Origin: an uncultured Gemmatimonadaceae bacterium | GTDB lineage: Bacteria; Gemmatimonadota; Gemmatimonadetes; Gemmatimonadales; Gemmatimonadaceae | Direction: 5' to 3' | Length of the DNA: 64,000 nucleotides | NCBI GenBank assembly: GCA_963781585.1 | Contig: CAWAGQ010000011.1 | Span: 352,001 to 416,000 of the forward strand | In this document: positions 52,048-61,077 of the stretch, in pieces | Layout: every line of letters begins with the position of its first letter | Position numbering within the stretch: the stretch's first letter is position 1 | Translations under genes and position numbers: made by a program | Notes under the pieces: model-generated | What the model was told of the DNA's origin: nothing | What the model saw: the letters and a program-made list of their open reading frames with translations, nothing else | Database searches by the model: none

Positions 52048-52866
52048 ATGCCGACTCCCGTCGATGTGTCCGTGGTGCTCCCCTGCTTCCGCGACGCCGC
52101 GCTCGCGCGGCGGTCGGTCGGGGCGCTCCGCTTCGCGCTCGAGCGCACCGGATTCTCGTGGGAGATCGTCGTGGTCGATGATGGAGGAGGAGATTTCCTG
52201 CACGGGGAATGGGACGACGACGAGGACATTTCGCTCCTCCGCTTTCCGGAGAACCGCGGCAAGGGTGCGGCCGTGCGGGCCGGGCTGCGGGCCGCGCGCG
52301 GCCGGGCGCGAATCTTCACCGACGTCGACCTTCCGTTCGGCACGGATCTGATTCCGGTGATCGCGGACTACCTGCTCGACCGCGACTTTCACGTAGTGAT
52401 GGGGGACCGGACGCTGCCGGATTCGGCGTACTATCTGCGCACGCCGTGGCCGCGCCGGCTGGCGTCGGCACTCTTCACCGCCTTCGTGGGCACCCTGGTG
52501 ACCGGGGGGTTCTTCGATACGCAGTGCGGTCTCAAGGGCCTGCGTGGCGATGTGGCCGAGGCCATGCTCCCATTGTTGCGGCTCGACCGGTTCGCCTTTG
52601 ATGTGGAACTGGTCTACGTATCGCTGAAGCACCGTCTCGACATCAAGCGGATTCCCGTCCGGTTGCTGCATAACGAGACGTCGTCGGTTCGTCTGGCCCG
52701 GGATTCGGCGCGCGGCTTCATCGACGTATTCCGGATAAAGTACCATCAGCTCCGCGGATGGTACGCGAGTCTTCCGCTCGATGCGATCGTGCGCCGCGAT
52801 TTCGCCGGGCAATACGCCCGTTCCACACAGCCGGCAGAGCCGTTTCGACAGCAAGGGCCCCGGTGA
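52048..52866 (+). CDS. GT2 dolichyl/polyprenyl-phosphate glycosyltransferase (ALG5-like)
   Basis: VVDDG, NRGKGAAVRAG, FTDVDL, DTQCGLK, FAFDVEL. Confidence 0.88.
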   Translation: MPTPVDVSVVLPCFRDAALARRSVGALRFALERTGFSWEIVVVDDGGGDFLHGEWDDDEDISLLRFPENRGKGAAVRAGLRAARGRARIFTDVDLPFGTDLIPVIADYLLDRDFHVVMGDRTLPDSAYYLRTPWPRRLASALFTAFVGTLVTGGFFDTQCGLKGLRGDVAEAMLPLLRLDRFAFDVELVYVSLKHRLDIKRIPVRLLHNETSSVRLARDSARGFIDVFRIKYHQLRGWYASLPLDAIVRRDFAGQYARSTQPAEPFRQQGPR

Positions 52867-53900
52867 CCGGCGCACACCTGGAATCGCAGCCGGGCCCCGC
52901 CACGCCGGAAGAGGAGAAGCGGCCCCGTCGCTTCGACTGGCGTGCGCATGTCGAGGTCGCGCGGCCGGACTACTGGTTCAAGAACGTCTTCGTCCTGCCC
53001 GGGATCGTGATCGCGCTCGGCACCGTCAGTCAGGTGGATCCCGGGCAGGTCGCGCGGCGCGCCCTCATCGGACTGTTGTCGATCTGCCTGATCGCGTCGA
53101 GCAACTACACCCTCAACGAGATCCTCGACGCGGCCTCGGACCGCTTTCATCCGGTGAAGCATGCCCGGCCCATCCCGTCCGGACGGGTCCGCGTGGGGGC
53201 GGCGTACGCGCAGTGGGTGCTGCTGTTCGTGGCCGGCATGGCGCTGGGACGGATGGTGTCGACGCCGTTCTCCCTGTCGGTGCTGGCGCTGTGGATCATG
53301 GCGTGCGTCTACAACGTGCCGCCGGTGCGCGCCAAGGATCAGCCGTATGTCGACGTCCTGTCGGAATCGATCAACAATCCGCTGCGCCTGCTTGCCGGCT
53401 GGTTCATCGTCACCGATGTCACCATTGCGCCGGCGTCGCTGCTCCTCAGCTACTGGATGATCGGTTGCTACTTCATGGCGCTCAAGCGATACGCGGAACT
53501 GAATGGCATCGACGATCGCGACCGCGCCGCGGCCTATCGCCGGTCGTTCGCGTTCTACACTCCCGAGCGGCTCATCGTATCCATCATGTTCTACGCCGCG
53601 GCGTCGATGCTCTTCTTCGGCGCCTTCTGCATGCGGTACCGGATGGAGCTCATCCTCGCGTTCCCGCTGATCGCTCTGGTCATGGCCATCTATCTGCGGG
53701 TGGCGCTCAAGACGAACAGCGCCGCGCAACACCCCGAGCGGCTGTACCGGGAACCGGCGCTGATGGCCGCCGTGGTCGGGACAGCGCTGGTGATGTTGGT
53801 CCTGCTGCGGCTGGATCTACCCGTGCTCTATGGTCTGTTCAGTCCGACCGCGCCGGTGCAGCAGCGAGGGAACGCCCTGGAACGGAGCAAACAACCGTGA
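52863..53900 (+). CDS. UbiA-family prenyltransferase, decaprenyl-phosphate phosphoribosyltransferase-like
   Basis: RP..WFKNVFV, NYTLNEILD..DRFHPVK..RPIPSG, KRYAEL match the DPPR-synthase subfamily rather than quinone UbiA. Confidence 0.8.
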   Translation: MTGAHLESQPGPATPEEEKRPRRFDWRAHVEVARPDYWFKNVFVLPGIVIALGTVSQVDPGQVARRALIGLLSICLIASSNYTLNEILDAASDRFHPVKHARPIPSGRVRVGAAYAQWVLLFVAGMALGRMVSTPFSLSVLALWIMACVYNVPPVRAKDQPYVDVLSESINNPLRLLAGWFIVTDVTIAPASLLLSYWMIGCYFMALKRYAELNGIDDRDRAAAYRRSFAFYTPERLIVSIMFYAAASMLFFGAFCMRYRMELILAFPLIALVMAIYLRVALKTNSAAQHPERLYREPALMAAVVGTALVMLVLLRLDLPVLYGLFSPTAPVQQRGNALERSKQP

Positions 53901-53934
53901 CCATTTCGCGATCGGCGAGGACGTTCGACTGACC

Positions 53935-55605
53935 ATGCAGGCGGCGCTCACCGCGGGCCGCCACCGGGGCGGTGTCATGTCAATCGGCACGCGCTCCACG
54001 GTCTGGCTGTGCCTGCTTGCCTGGCTGATTCTGATGTTGTGCGTCCAGCGATTCTCGGAGGCCGACGTCTGGTATCACCTCCGGAACGCTCAGGACTTGC
54101 TTAGCGCGCGCGCGGTTCCGCGCTTCGATCACTACACCTTCACATCAGCCGGAGCGCCGCTCGTGGACTACGAATGGCTCTCCGAACTGCCGTACTATAG
54201 CGCGTTCCGTGCCTGGGGCATGCGGGGTCTCCTGGCCGTCTACGCGGCGGTGCTCCTCCTGGTATTTGCCGGCGTGTATCACCTGGCGCGGCGCCGCGGC
54301 GCGAATTATCGGCAGGCCGCGCTCGCCACTTTCGTGGGGGTGGCGCTGGGTTCCTATTCCTTTGGCCCTCGCATGATGCACTTCGGGTGGCTCTGCCTGG
54401 TCGGCCTGCTGTTGGTGCTCGATCGGTGTGAGGAGAATCCGAAGCTGCTGTGGCTCATGCCGCCGCTGTTCGCGGCTTGGATCAATCTTCACGGATCCTG
54501 GGTGCTGGGTTTCGTGGTCCTCGGCGCGGTGCTGCTCGATGGAAGCCTGCGCGGGACCTGGGGAGCGATTACCGCCGCCGAGAGCACCGGCGCCACGCGT
54601 CCGAAACCTGTGGCGGTGGCGGCGCTCGGATCCATCGCAGCGCTGTTCGTCAACCCATACGGCGTTGGTCTCGTTCGGTATCCATTCGACCTGTTGTTCA
54701 GGCAGCAGTCCAATCTCAGCACGGTGATCGAGTGGCAGTCCGTGGACTTCCACTCCGGCTATGGCAAACTGGCTATGCTGATGATCCTGGGCGTGCTGGC
54801 GATCGTCTTGTTGCATCGCAAACCGTGGCGGCTGCGCGACGTGCTGCTTGTCGGATTCGCTCTCTGGGCCTCGCTGACGCACGCCCGTTTTCTGATCCTG
54901 GCCGGAATCCTGCTCCCGCCGATCCTCGCGTGCCGTGTGACGCTGTTGTCCGACGCCGATCGGACCCAGGAGACACCTGCGCTCAATCTCCTACTTCTCC
55001 TGGTGATGATCGTCGCGTTGATCAGGACGGTGCCATCGGAGAAGCGACTGCAGGCAACGATCGATCGCGATTTCCCACGAGCCGCCCTGGCCTTCTTGCA
55101 AGAACAGCGGCTCGAAGGGCGTTTGTTCAACGCGTACGACTTTGGCGGATTCGTCGAGTGGAACGCGCCATCGATCAGGACGTTCGCGGACGGGCGAACC
55201 GATATTTTTGTGTACAACGGTGTGCTCCACGACTACCTGAGAATCGTGCTGCTCAAGGGCTCGTTCGAAGTCCTGGATAAGTACGCAATACGGTACGTCC
55301 TTTACCCACCCGGACACCCACTCACCTATCTTCTCGATCGGAACAGGTCCTGGCATCAACTCTACGCTGACCAGACGGCGCGATTGTATGAACGCACCAT
55401 CGGTGCGCCTGCTACCAGGACCGAAGCCCCCAGCCGGGACGATCCGCGGACGGCCGCAACTTCAGGGATGGAACACGATCCAGAGCTGCAGACCCAATCC
55501 GAGCGCGGCCATTACGATGAGGATTCTGTTCAACCGGTTGCTGACAGAGTTCACTCCGCCCCGTTCGGCGCTCGCTCGTCCGATGGGTTCCGGAGGATGC
55601 CATAG
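53935..55605 (+). CDS. GT-C-like multi-TM membrane protein (D-x-W-x-HL family)
   Basis: DVWYHLR, YEWLSE, WINLHG, NPYG, IEWQS, C-terminal FNAYDFGGF..FADGR domain. Confidence 0.65.
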   Translation: MQAALTAGRHRGGVMSIGTRSTVWLCLLAWLILMLCVQRFSEADVWYHLRNAQDLLSARAVPRFDHYTFTSAGAPLVDYEWLSELPYYSAFRAWGMRGLLAVYAAVLLLVFAGVYHLARRRGANYRQAALATFVGVALGSYSFGPRMMHFGWLCLVGLLLVLDRCEENPKLLWLMPPLFAAWINLHGSWVLGFVVLGAVLLDGSLRGTWGAITAAESTGATRPKPVAVAALGSIAALFVNPYGVGLVRYPFDLLFRQQSNLSTVIEWQSVDFHSGYGKLAMLMILGVLAIVLLHRKPWRLRDVLLVGFALWASLTHARFLILAGILLPPILACRVTLLSDADRTQETPALNLLLLLVMIVALIRTVPSEKRLQATIDRDFPRAALAFLQEQRLEGRLFNAYDFGGFVEWNAPSIRTFADGRTDIFVYNGVLHDYLRIVLLKGSFEVLDKYAIRYVLYPPGHPLTYLLDRNRSWHQLYADQTARLYERTIGAPATRTEAPSRDDPRTAATSGMEHDPELQTQSERGHYDEDSVQPVADRVHSAPFGARSSDGFRRMP

Positions 55606-56565
55606 GAAGTGATTACCGAGGGCCAGCAACAGGACCGGGAGCAGGACGAGGTACACTTGCAGTCGCGCCAGCATGGAATAGCCGGCATCGAAGCTCCCGT
55701 ACGGGCCTAACGCCAGCGCGACCAACTGCAGCAGGTGCGTCAGCGCGGCCAGAACGAGGGCCTGACGCAGCGTGCGGCACAGCGCGAACAACGGCAGCAC
55801 ATCGTACAGGCTGGGAGTCTGCGGAACGAGCGAAGCCACGAGTAGTACACGGCCGTCAGCAGTGCGCCAGAGAAGCAACGCGGCCAGGAGGAGAACCCCC
55901 CCCGGCTGCAGCAGCGCGATCTCTTTGTTCGGGGCCGAGCGCGCCAGCGCGAGCCACTCTCCGTACCATGAAGGCCGCAAGACCAACGACGCCAGCATGA
56001 ACGAGGCGGCCAAGCCGATCACCAGGATGGCCTTGCGTCGATCCTGTGCGACGACTGCCAACAGCCCGACATTCGGCTTGGCGGCTACCACGAACCCAAG
56101 CGCCGGAAGCCAGAATGTCGCCAGGATCAGCGGTGCCAGCTGATTTCGGGAGATCGCCAGGTAGTACGAGGTGCTGAGCAGCATCGGCCAAAGCACGCGC
56201 CAGCGTGGGCCCACGGCGAAACCCAGTATCCCGGCCGAGACGACGCTGAACGCAATACGCGCCGCAGCCAACGGGAGAAACGAGAACGGAACGATGAGAA
56301 TGACAGCCGTGGGTGGATAGAAGAGCGGCCACGCCCACGGGAACTGTCGCCCCGGTCCCACCGCGGTGTACGGATCGGCGCCGCGAACCAGCGCCCGCGC
56401 CGCGTACCACAACTGGTCCAGATCGCTGGACATTCCCGGACCACGGACGTGTCGCAGAAGCGAGAAGGCGAGGGTGACTCCGATGACGACGAGGGTCGCC
56501 CGCCATCTGCTTCGCGACGCTCCATCAGGCTCACCAGCCGCCTGGGCGCCGGTCACGGTCTGCAA
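55462..56565 (-). CDS. GT87/DUF2029-like membrane glycosyltransferase, paralogue 7
   Basis: SDLDQLWYAARALVRGADPY, FYPP, AKPNVG, PQTPSLYD; extra C-terminal TM as in paralogue 4. Confidence 0.72.
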   Translation of the reverse strand: MQTVTGAQAAGEPDGASRSRWRATLVVIGVTLAFSLLRHVRGPGMSSDLDQLWYAARALVRGADPYTAVGPGRQFPWAWPLFYPPTAVILIVPFSFLPLAAARIAFSVVSAGILGFAVGPRWRVLWPMLLSTSYYLAISRNQLAPLILATFWLPALGFVVAAKPNVGLLAVVAQDRRKAILVIGLAASFMLASLVLRPSWYGEWLALARSAPNKEIALLQPGGVLLLAALLLWRTADGRVLLVASLVPQTPSLYDVLPLFALCRTLRQALVLAALTHLLQLVALALGPYGSFDAGYSMLARLQVYLVLLPVLLLALGNHFLWHPPEPIGRASAERGGVNSVSNRLNRILIVMAALGLGLQLWIVFHP

Positions 56566-56633
56566 CTCGCGTGGATGTCCCGGGCTCCGATGGCTCCGTC
56601 AGGCATGACTGCGTTCATGCCAGAGCGCCGCGC

Positions 56634-58478
56634 CTACTCCACCCCCACCACCGGCAGCACCACCCGCGACGGCCACCGCGCCGACCGGAAGATCCGCTGC
56701 GTCGCCGCCCGGTAGTCCCCCGCTTTCGCCTCGAAGATGTTGGGCACGAAGGTCTGCGGGTTGCGATCGATCACCGGAAACCAGGTGCTCTGCACCTGTA
56801 CCATGATCCGGTGCCCCTTCCCGAACCGGTAATTCTGCCCGTGCAGGCTGTACCGGTACTCCACCACCTCGTCAGGCACGACGGCCGCCGGATGCTCGAA
56901 ACTCTCCCGATAGCGCCCCCGGAAGACCTCGTTCGATACCATGAACTCGTACCCGCCCATCTTCGCGTTCCCGGACACGTCCTCGGGATAGACGTCAATG
57001 AGCTTCACGATCCAGTCGGCGTCGGTCCCGGTGGTTGACGCGAACAGGTCGGCAATCACGTCGCCCGCAATGGTCAAACCGTCCGTGAGCACATCGGTCT
57101 CAAAGGTAAGCACGTCCGGCCGCCCGTCGACGAACCGCTGGTCCTCGGTGAGCCACGTGTACCACCCCGACCCGCGCGGGTCGTACGTGGGCTGGATGGG
57201 CCGCTGCCGGTACGGCACCGGATGCGCTGGATCGGACACGTAACCGTCGAACCGCTGCCCGGTGTCGCGCGGCGCATCGAACGACAACACGCCGTCCGCG
57301 TGGAAGTACAGCGGCCGCGCGGTCACGCCGTGCTTCGGCGGCCAGGCGTCGAACGTGCGCCACCGGTTGTCGCCCGCTTCGAACGTGGTCGCCTCCGCCT
57401 GATGCAGATCGCCGCGCCCCTTGAGGTAGTACGCGAAGAACGGCGCCTGGATACTGTCGCGGAAATACTTCGACGGCGCACCACCGAAGTCGATGTTGCC
57501 CAGCATCCGCCCGTCCGCCGAATTCCACCCGCCGTGCCGCCACGGACCCACCACCAGGAAGTTCCGGTTGTCGCGATCGAACTGCTCGAGCCGCTGATAG
57601 ATCGCCAACGGCCCGTAAAAATCCTCCTGGTCCCACCACCCGGCCACGTTGAGCGTGGGCACCGTCACCTGCGTGAGCGACGGGATCAGCGTCTGCGCCT
57701 GCCAGAACGCGTCGTAATCCGGATGCGCCGCGAAATCGTTCCACGACGGAATCGCTCCGTGGAGATACTTCGCGTTCGCGTTGGAGAGCGGGCCGAGCCG
57801 GAGATACCAGTCGTAGGTGTCGTAGCTGTCGAACGCAAAGCGCTCGTCGCGCTTGCTGGTCTCCATCCGCGTGGCGTACTCGAACCCGTAACTCAGACGG
57901 AAGGCGCCATTGTGATGGAAGTCGTCGCCCAGCCACATGTCGGCGGGCGACGCCTGGGGTGACGCCGCCCGGAGCGCCGGATGCGGATCGGTGAGCGCCA
58001 TCGCCGTCGTCCAGCCGTCGTACGACACGCCCAGCATCCCCACCCGCCCGTTGTTCCGCGCAACGTTCTTCACGAGCCAGTCGATGGTGTCGTACGCGTC
58101 GGTCGCCTCGTCGATGGCGTTCGGATCACCGCGCTGTGCTGCGTTGCGCGCCGGCCGCTGCATCACGAACGTCCCCTCGGACTTGTAGCGGCCCCGCAGG
58201 TCCTGAAAGGCGAAGATGTATCCGTCCGCCGCCAGCTCCTCGAACGACGAGTTGAACCGCCCCGCGGCGTTGTCGATCCCGTACGGCGTCCGCAGGAGCA
58301 GGATCGGGAGCGGGCCGGACTGGTTTTGCGGCACATAGAAATCGGTGTTGAGCTTCACCCCGTCGCGCATCACGACCATGGCGTTGGTGCGCACGTAGCG
58401 CGCGGCCTGTCCCGACGGCTGCTGCGCCCCGAGGAGCGAGCTGGCGAGCAGGGCGAGCGCGAGCGATGCGCTCCTCAC
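56634..58478 (-). CDS. CocE/NonD family hydrolase (alpha-amino acid ester hydrolase-like), secreted
   Basis: MRDGVKL, RTPY, DLRGRYKSEG, GVSYDG nucleophile, GDDFHHNGAF, GPWRHG. Confidence 0.93.
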   Translation of the reverse strand: MRSASLALALLASSLLGAQQPSGQAARYVRTNAMVVMRDGVKLNTDFYVPQNQSGPLPILLLRTPYGIDNAAGRFNSSFEELAADGYIFAFQDLRGRYKSEGTFVMQRPARNAAQRGDPNAIDEATDAYDTIDWLVKNVARNNGRVGMLGVSYDGWTTAMALTDPHPALRAASPQASPADMWLGDDFHHNGAFRLSYGFEYATRMETSKRDERFAFDSYDTYDWYLRLGPLSNANAKYLHGAIPSWNDFAAHPDYDAFWQAQTLIPSLTQVTVPTLNVAGWWDQEDFYGPLAIYQRLEQFDRDNRNFLVVGPWRHGGWNSADGRMLGNIDFGGAPSKYFRDSIQAPFFAYYLKGRGDLHQAEATTFEAGDNRWRTFDAWPPKHGVTARPLYFHADGVLSFDAPRDTGQRFDGYVSDPAHPVPYRQRPIQPTYDPRGSGWYTWLTEDQRFVDGRPDVLTFETDVLTDGLTIAGDVIADLFASTTGTDADWIVKLIDVYPEDVSGNAKMGGYEFMVSNEVFRGRYRESFEHPAAVVPDEVVEYRYSLHGQNYRFGKGHRIMVQVQSTWFPVIDRNPQTFVPNIFEAKAGDYRAATQRIFRSARWPSRVVLPVVGVE

Positions 58479-59761
58479 TTCGCCTCCCGCATCCACCGCA
58501 CCAGCTCCCCCACCGTCACGCGCTTGCCGTACATCAACAGACCGGTGCGATACACGATCGCCGCCAGGTACACCGCGAGGTAGCAGGCCGCCACCAGTGC
58601 GAACACCGACAGTGCCATCTCCCACGGCGCCACGTCAACGGCGCTCATCCGGAGCGGCATCATGATCGGCGACGAGATCGGGAGAAGACTCAGCGTGATC
58701 GCCAGGTTCGCGTCGGGGGCGTTGAGTGCCGGCTGGAGGAACATCAGCGTCGTCACCAGCATCAGCACCACCGGCATCTGCGCCTGCTGCGCCTCGTGCT
58801 CGGAACTCACCATCGCGCCGACGGTGGCAAACAGCGCCGAGTAGAAGATGTAGCCAAGGAGGAAGAAGACGAGGAGCACCGCAAGCATGCCGGGGGTGAT
58901 GGACGGGAGTGGAATTGGCGCGGCCTCGACGCCGAAATGGTGAAGCGCGGCCACCCGCCACTTCGTCATCGCTGCCCCGGCCACGATCCAGATGACGAGC
59001 TGGGTGAGTCCCACGGCCCCCACCCCCAGCACCTTGCCTGCCAGCAGCGTGAGCGGCCGGATGCTCGACATCACCACCTCGGCCACGCGCGTCTGCTTCT
59101 CCTCGATCACCCCGCGGAGAACCGCCTGCCCGTACATGAGGATGGTCATGTAGAGCAGCAGCGCCACAACTATTGCGAAGACGATGCTCACGCTCCCCGA
59201 TCCGCCGCGTCCCGCCGTCGTTATTCGCTCGGCGCGCAGCGTGAACCTGGTGTTCTTGAAGCGGTCGGCTGCTTCCGCGGAAAGCCCTGCCTGCCGTAGC
59301 TGGACCGCCAGCACCTCCCGTTCGACCACCGACTCCAGCTCGCGCACGTCGGCAATGGACGTGGCATTCACCCCCGCATAGCGGGCGTTGGAGCCAGCCA
59401 GCACGCTCGCTGGCAGGACCAGGTATCCCCTCAGGCGGCGGCTCTGCACCTCGCGTGTCGCTGCCGCCTCGGCGTCGGGAAGCTCCGGCTCGGTCAACGC
59501 GACCACCTGGGTGCGCGACGTGTCACCGGCCACACCGCCGTTCAATTCGGCGGCAATGCTGCGTCCGAGGTCGGTCCGGGTCACGTCGAGTATCCGGATG
59601 CGCGACACGTCGGCAGACGCGCGCTCGCGCCTGGCCATGTAGGCAGGCAGGAACATCAACGCGCCCAGCAGCAGCGGTCCGAACACCGTGGCCACGACGA
59701 ACCACCGCGTACGGACGCGTTCGAGATACTCGCGCTTGATGACTACGAAGAGTTTGCGCAT
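58475..59761 (-). CDS. ABC-2 type transporter permease (NatB-like)
   Basis: KREYLERVRT, VIEEKQTRVAEVV, GKVLG, YRTGLLMYGK. Confidence 0.9.
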   Translation of the reverse strand: MRKLFVVIKREYLERVRTRWFVVATVFGPLLLGALMFLPAYMARRERASADVSRIRILDVTRTDLGRSIAAELNGGVAGDTSRTQVVALTEPELPDAEAAATREVQSRRLRGYLVLPASVLAGSNARYAGVNATSIADVRELESVVEREVLAVQLRQAGLSAEAADRFKNTRFTLRAERITTAGRGGSGSVSIVFAIVVALLLYMTILMYGQAVLRGVIEEKQTRVAEVVMSSIRPLTLLAGKVLGVGAVGLTQLVIWIVAGAAMTKWRVAALHHFGVEAAPIPLPSITPGMLAVLLVFFLLGYIFYSALFATVGAMVSSEHEAQQAQMPVVLMLVTTLMFLQPALNAPDANLAITLSLLPISSPIMMPLRMSAVDVAPWEMALSVFALVAACYLAVYLAAIVYRTGLLMYGKRVTVGELVRWMREAK

Positions 59762-59769
59762 TCAGGAGC

Positions 59770-59890
59770 GGTCATAGCTCAGAGGCCAGAGGTCAGCAAA
59801 GCGAACGTTATAGGTCAAAGGTCATAGCTCACAGGAGTGGCCAGGGTCATTATGGCCCATGAGCCCTGGCCTATGCCCTACGGACTCTGT
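59770..59890. repeat. Degenerate heptamer tract
   Basis: ggtcata gctcaga ggccaga ggtcagc ... ggtcaaa ggtcata gctcaca; then atggccc atgagcc ctggcct atgccct. Confidence 0.6.
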
Positions 59891-60990
59891 CCCAGAAACA
59901 CCATTCCCCTGCGCAGAAGCGTCTTCGCCAACCTTACCTTGTATCCATTCTTCGCCAGCGGCCGCGCATCGTACAGCGCACGCTCGGCCAGCGTCTCGAT
60001 ATCGTCGTCGCCCAGCGCGCCCGAGGCGACGTCCTCCTCCACCGACGTATCCACCCTCCACGGCTTCGGCGCCACCCCGCCCAGCACCAGCCGCACCGCG
60101 CCGTCGCGCCGGCGCACCGCCGCCACCGAGGCGAGCGCAAAGTCCCAGGCTCCACGCTGCATCAGCTTGACGTACTGCTGACGGCCGCCTGACGAGTGGG
60201 CCGGGATTTCGACGTGGGTCACGAATTCGCCGGGCTGGAGCACGGTCTCGCTCTCGAGCCTCTCGTGGGGCAGCACGAAGAACTCGCCGATCGGGATGGC
60301 CCGCGTGCGCGCGGACCCGTTGGCACCGCCCGCCACGCGCACCACCGCATCGAGCGCGGTGAGCGCCACCGCCGGATCGGAGGGATGCACGATGTGGCAC
60401 GGACCGCCGCCGAAGATCGCGTGATACTGGTTCTCGCCCTCGGCGGCCGGACAGGAGTCGCCGCCGCTCTTGAAGCAGGACACACCCGACCGGAAGTACC
60501 AGCACCGCGGCCGCTGGCACAGATTCCCGCCCAGCGTCCCCATGTTGCGCAGCGCGAGACTGCCCACCGACTCGCACGCCATGGCGAGCGCGGGGAAATG
60601 CGCGCGCACCCTCACGTCATCCGCGATGTCGGCGATGCGCACCGCGGCGCCGATCCGGACCGAGACGCCGGGAGCGACCGATTCTCCTGTCGCCTCTCCG
60701 GGAGATGCCGCCGCCATTCGCGCCGCCACCCCCATTCCCGGCGACGCCGCCCCGTCTCCCAGCGACGCGCCCGCGCCCGCCGCCGCCGCCGATGCGCCGG
60801 CGGGCGTCCACGCCAGCTCGTTGGCTCCGGGGATGTTGCGGAGGTCCACCAGCAGCTCGGGCCGCGCGATCCCCTCGCGAATGCCGACGAACAGATCGGT
60901 GCCGCCGCCCAGTGGCACCGCGCCCGGGCGCTGCAGCAGATGAATCGCCAGCTCGATGCTCTCGCTACGTTCGTATTCGAATGAGGCCAT
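59878..60990 (-). CDS. Xanthine dehydrogenase family FAD-binding subunit (PaoB/YagS-like) with low-complexity insertion
   Basis: GGGTDL, LRNMGTLGGNLCQRPRCWY, CFKSGG..C..C, HPSD, LGGVAPKPWR, NGYKV. Confidence 0.92.
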   Translation of the reverse strand: MASFEYERSESIELAIHLLQRPGAVPLGGGTDLFVGIREGIARPELLVDLRNIPGANELAWTPAGASAAAAGAGASLGDGAASPGMGVAARMAAASPGEATGESVAPGVSVRIGAAVRIADIADDVRVRAHFPALAMACESVGSLALRNMGTLGGNLCQRPRCWYFRSGVSCFKSGGDSCPAAEGENQYHAIFGGGPCHIVHPSDPAVALTALDAVVRVAGGANGSARTRAIPIGEFFVLPHERLESETVLQPGEFVTHVEIPAHSSGGRQQYVKLMQRGAWDFALASVAAVRRRDGAVRLVLGGVAPKPWRVDTSVEEDVASGALGDDDIETLAERALYDARPLAKNGYKVRLAKTLLRRGMVFLGQSP

Positions 60991-61077
60991 GGTCCCGGCT
61001 ACCGCCGACAGGTTCCCGCCTCCAATCTACCACGCATCATCCGGCTTGCCCCGTCCCCGTCTCCATTCCCGTTTCCC

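Noticed and set aside
22450..56640. Island as an integrative element or prophage
   Set aside because: No integrase, tRNA target, terminal direct repeats, or phage or conjugation genes were seen at either boundary
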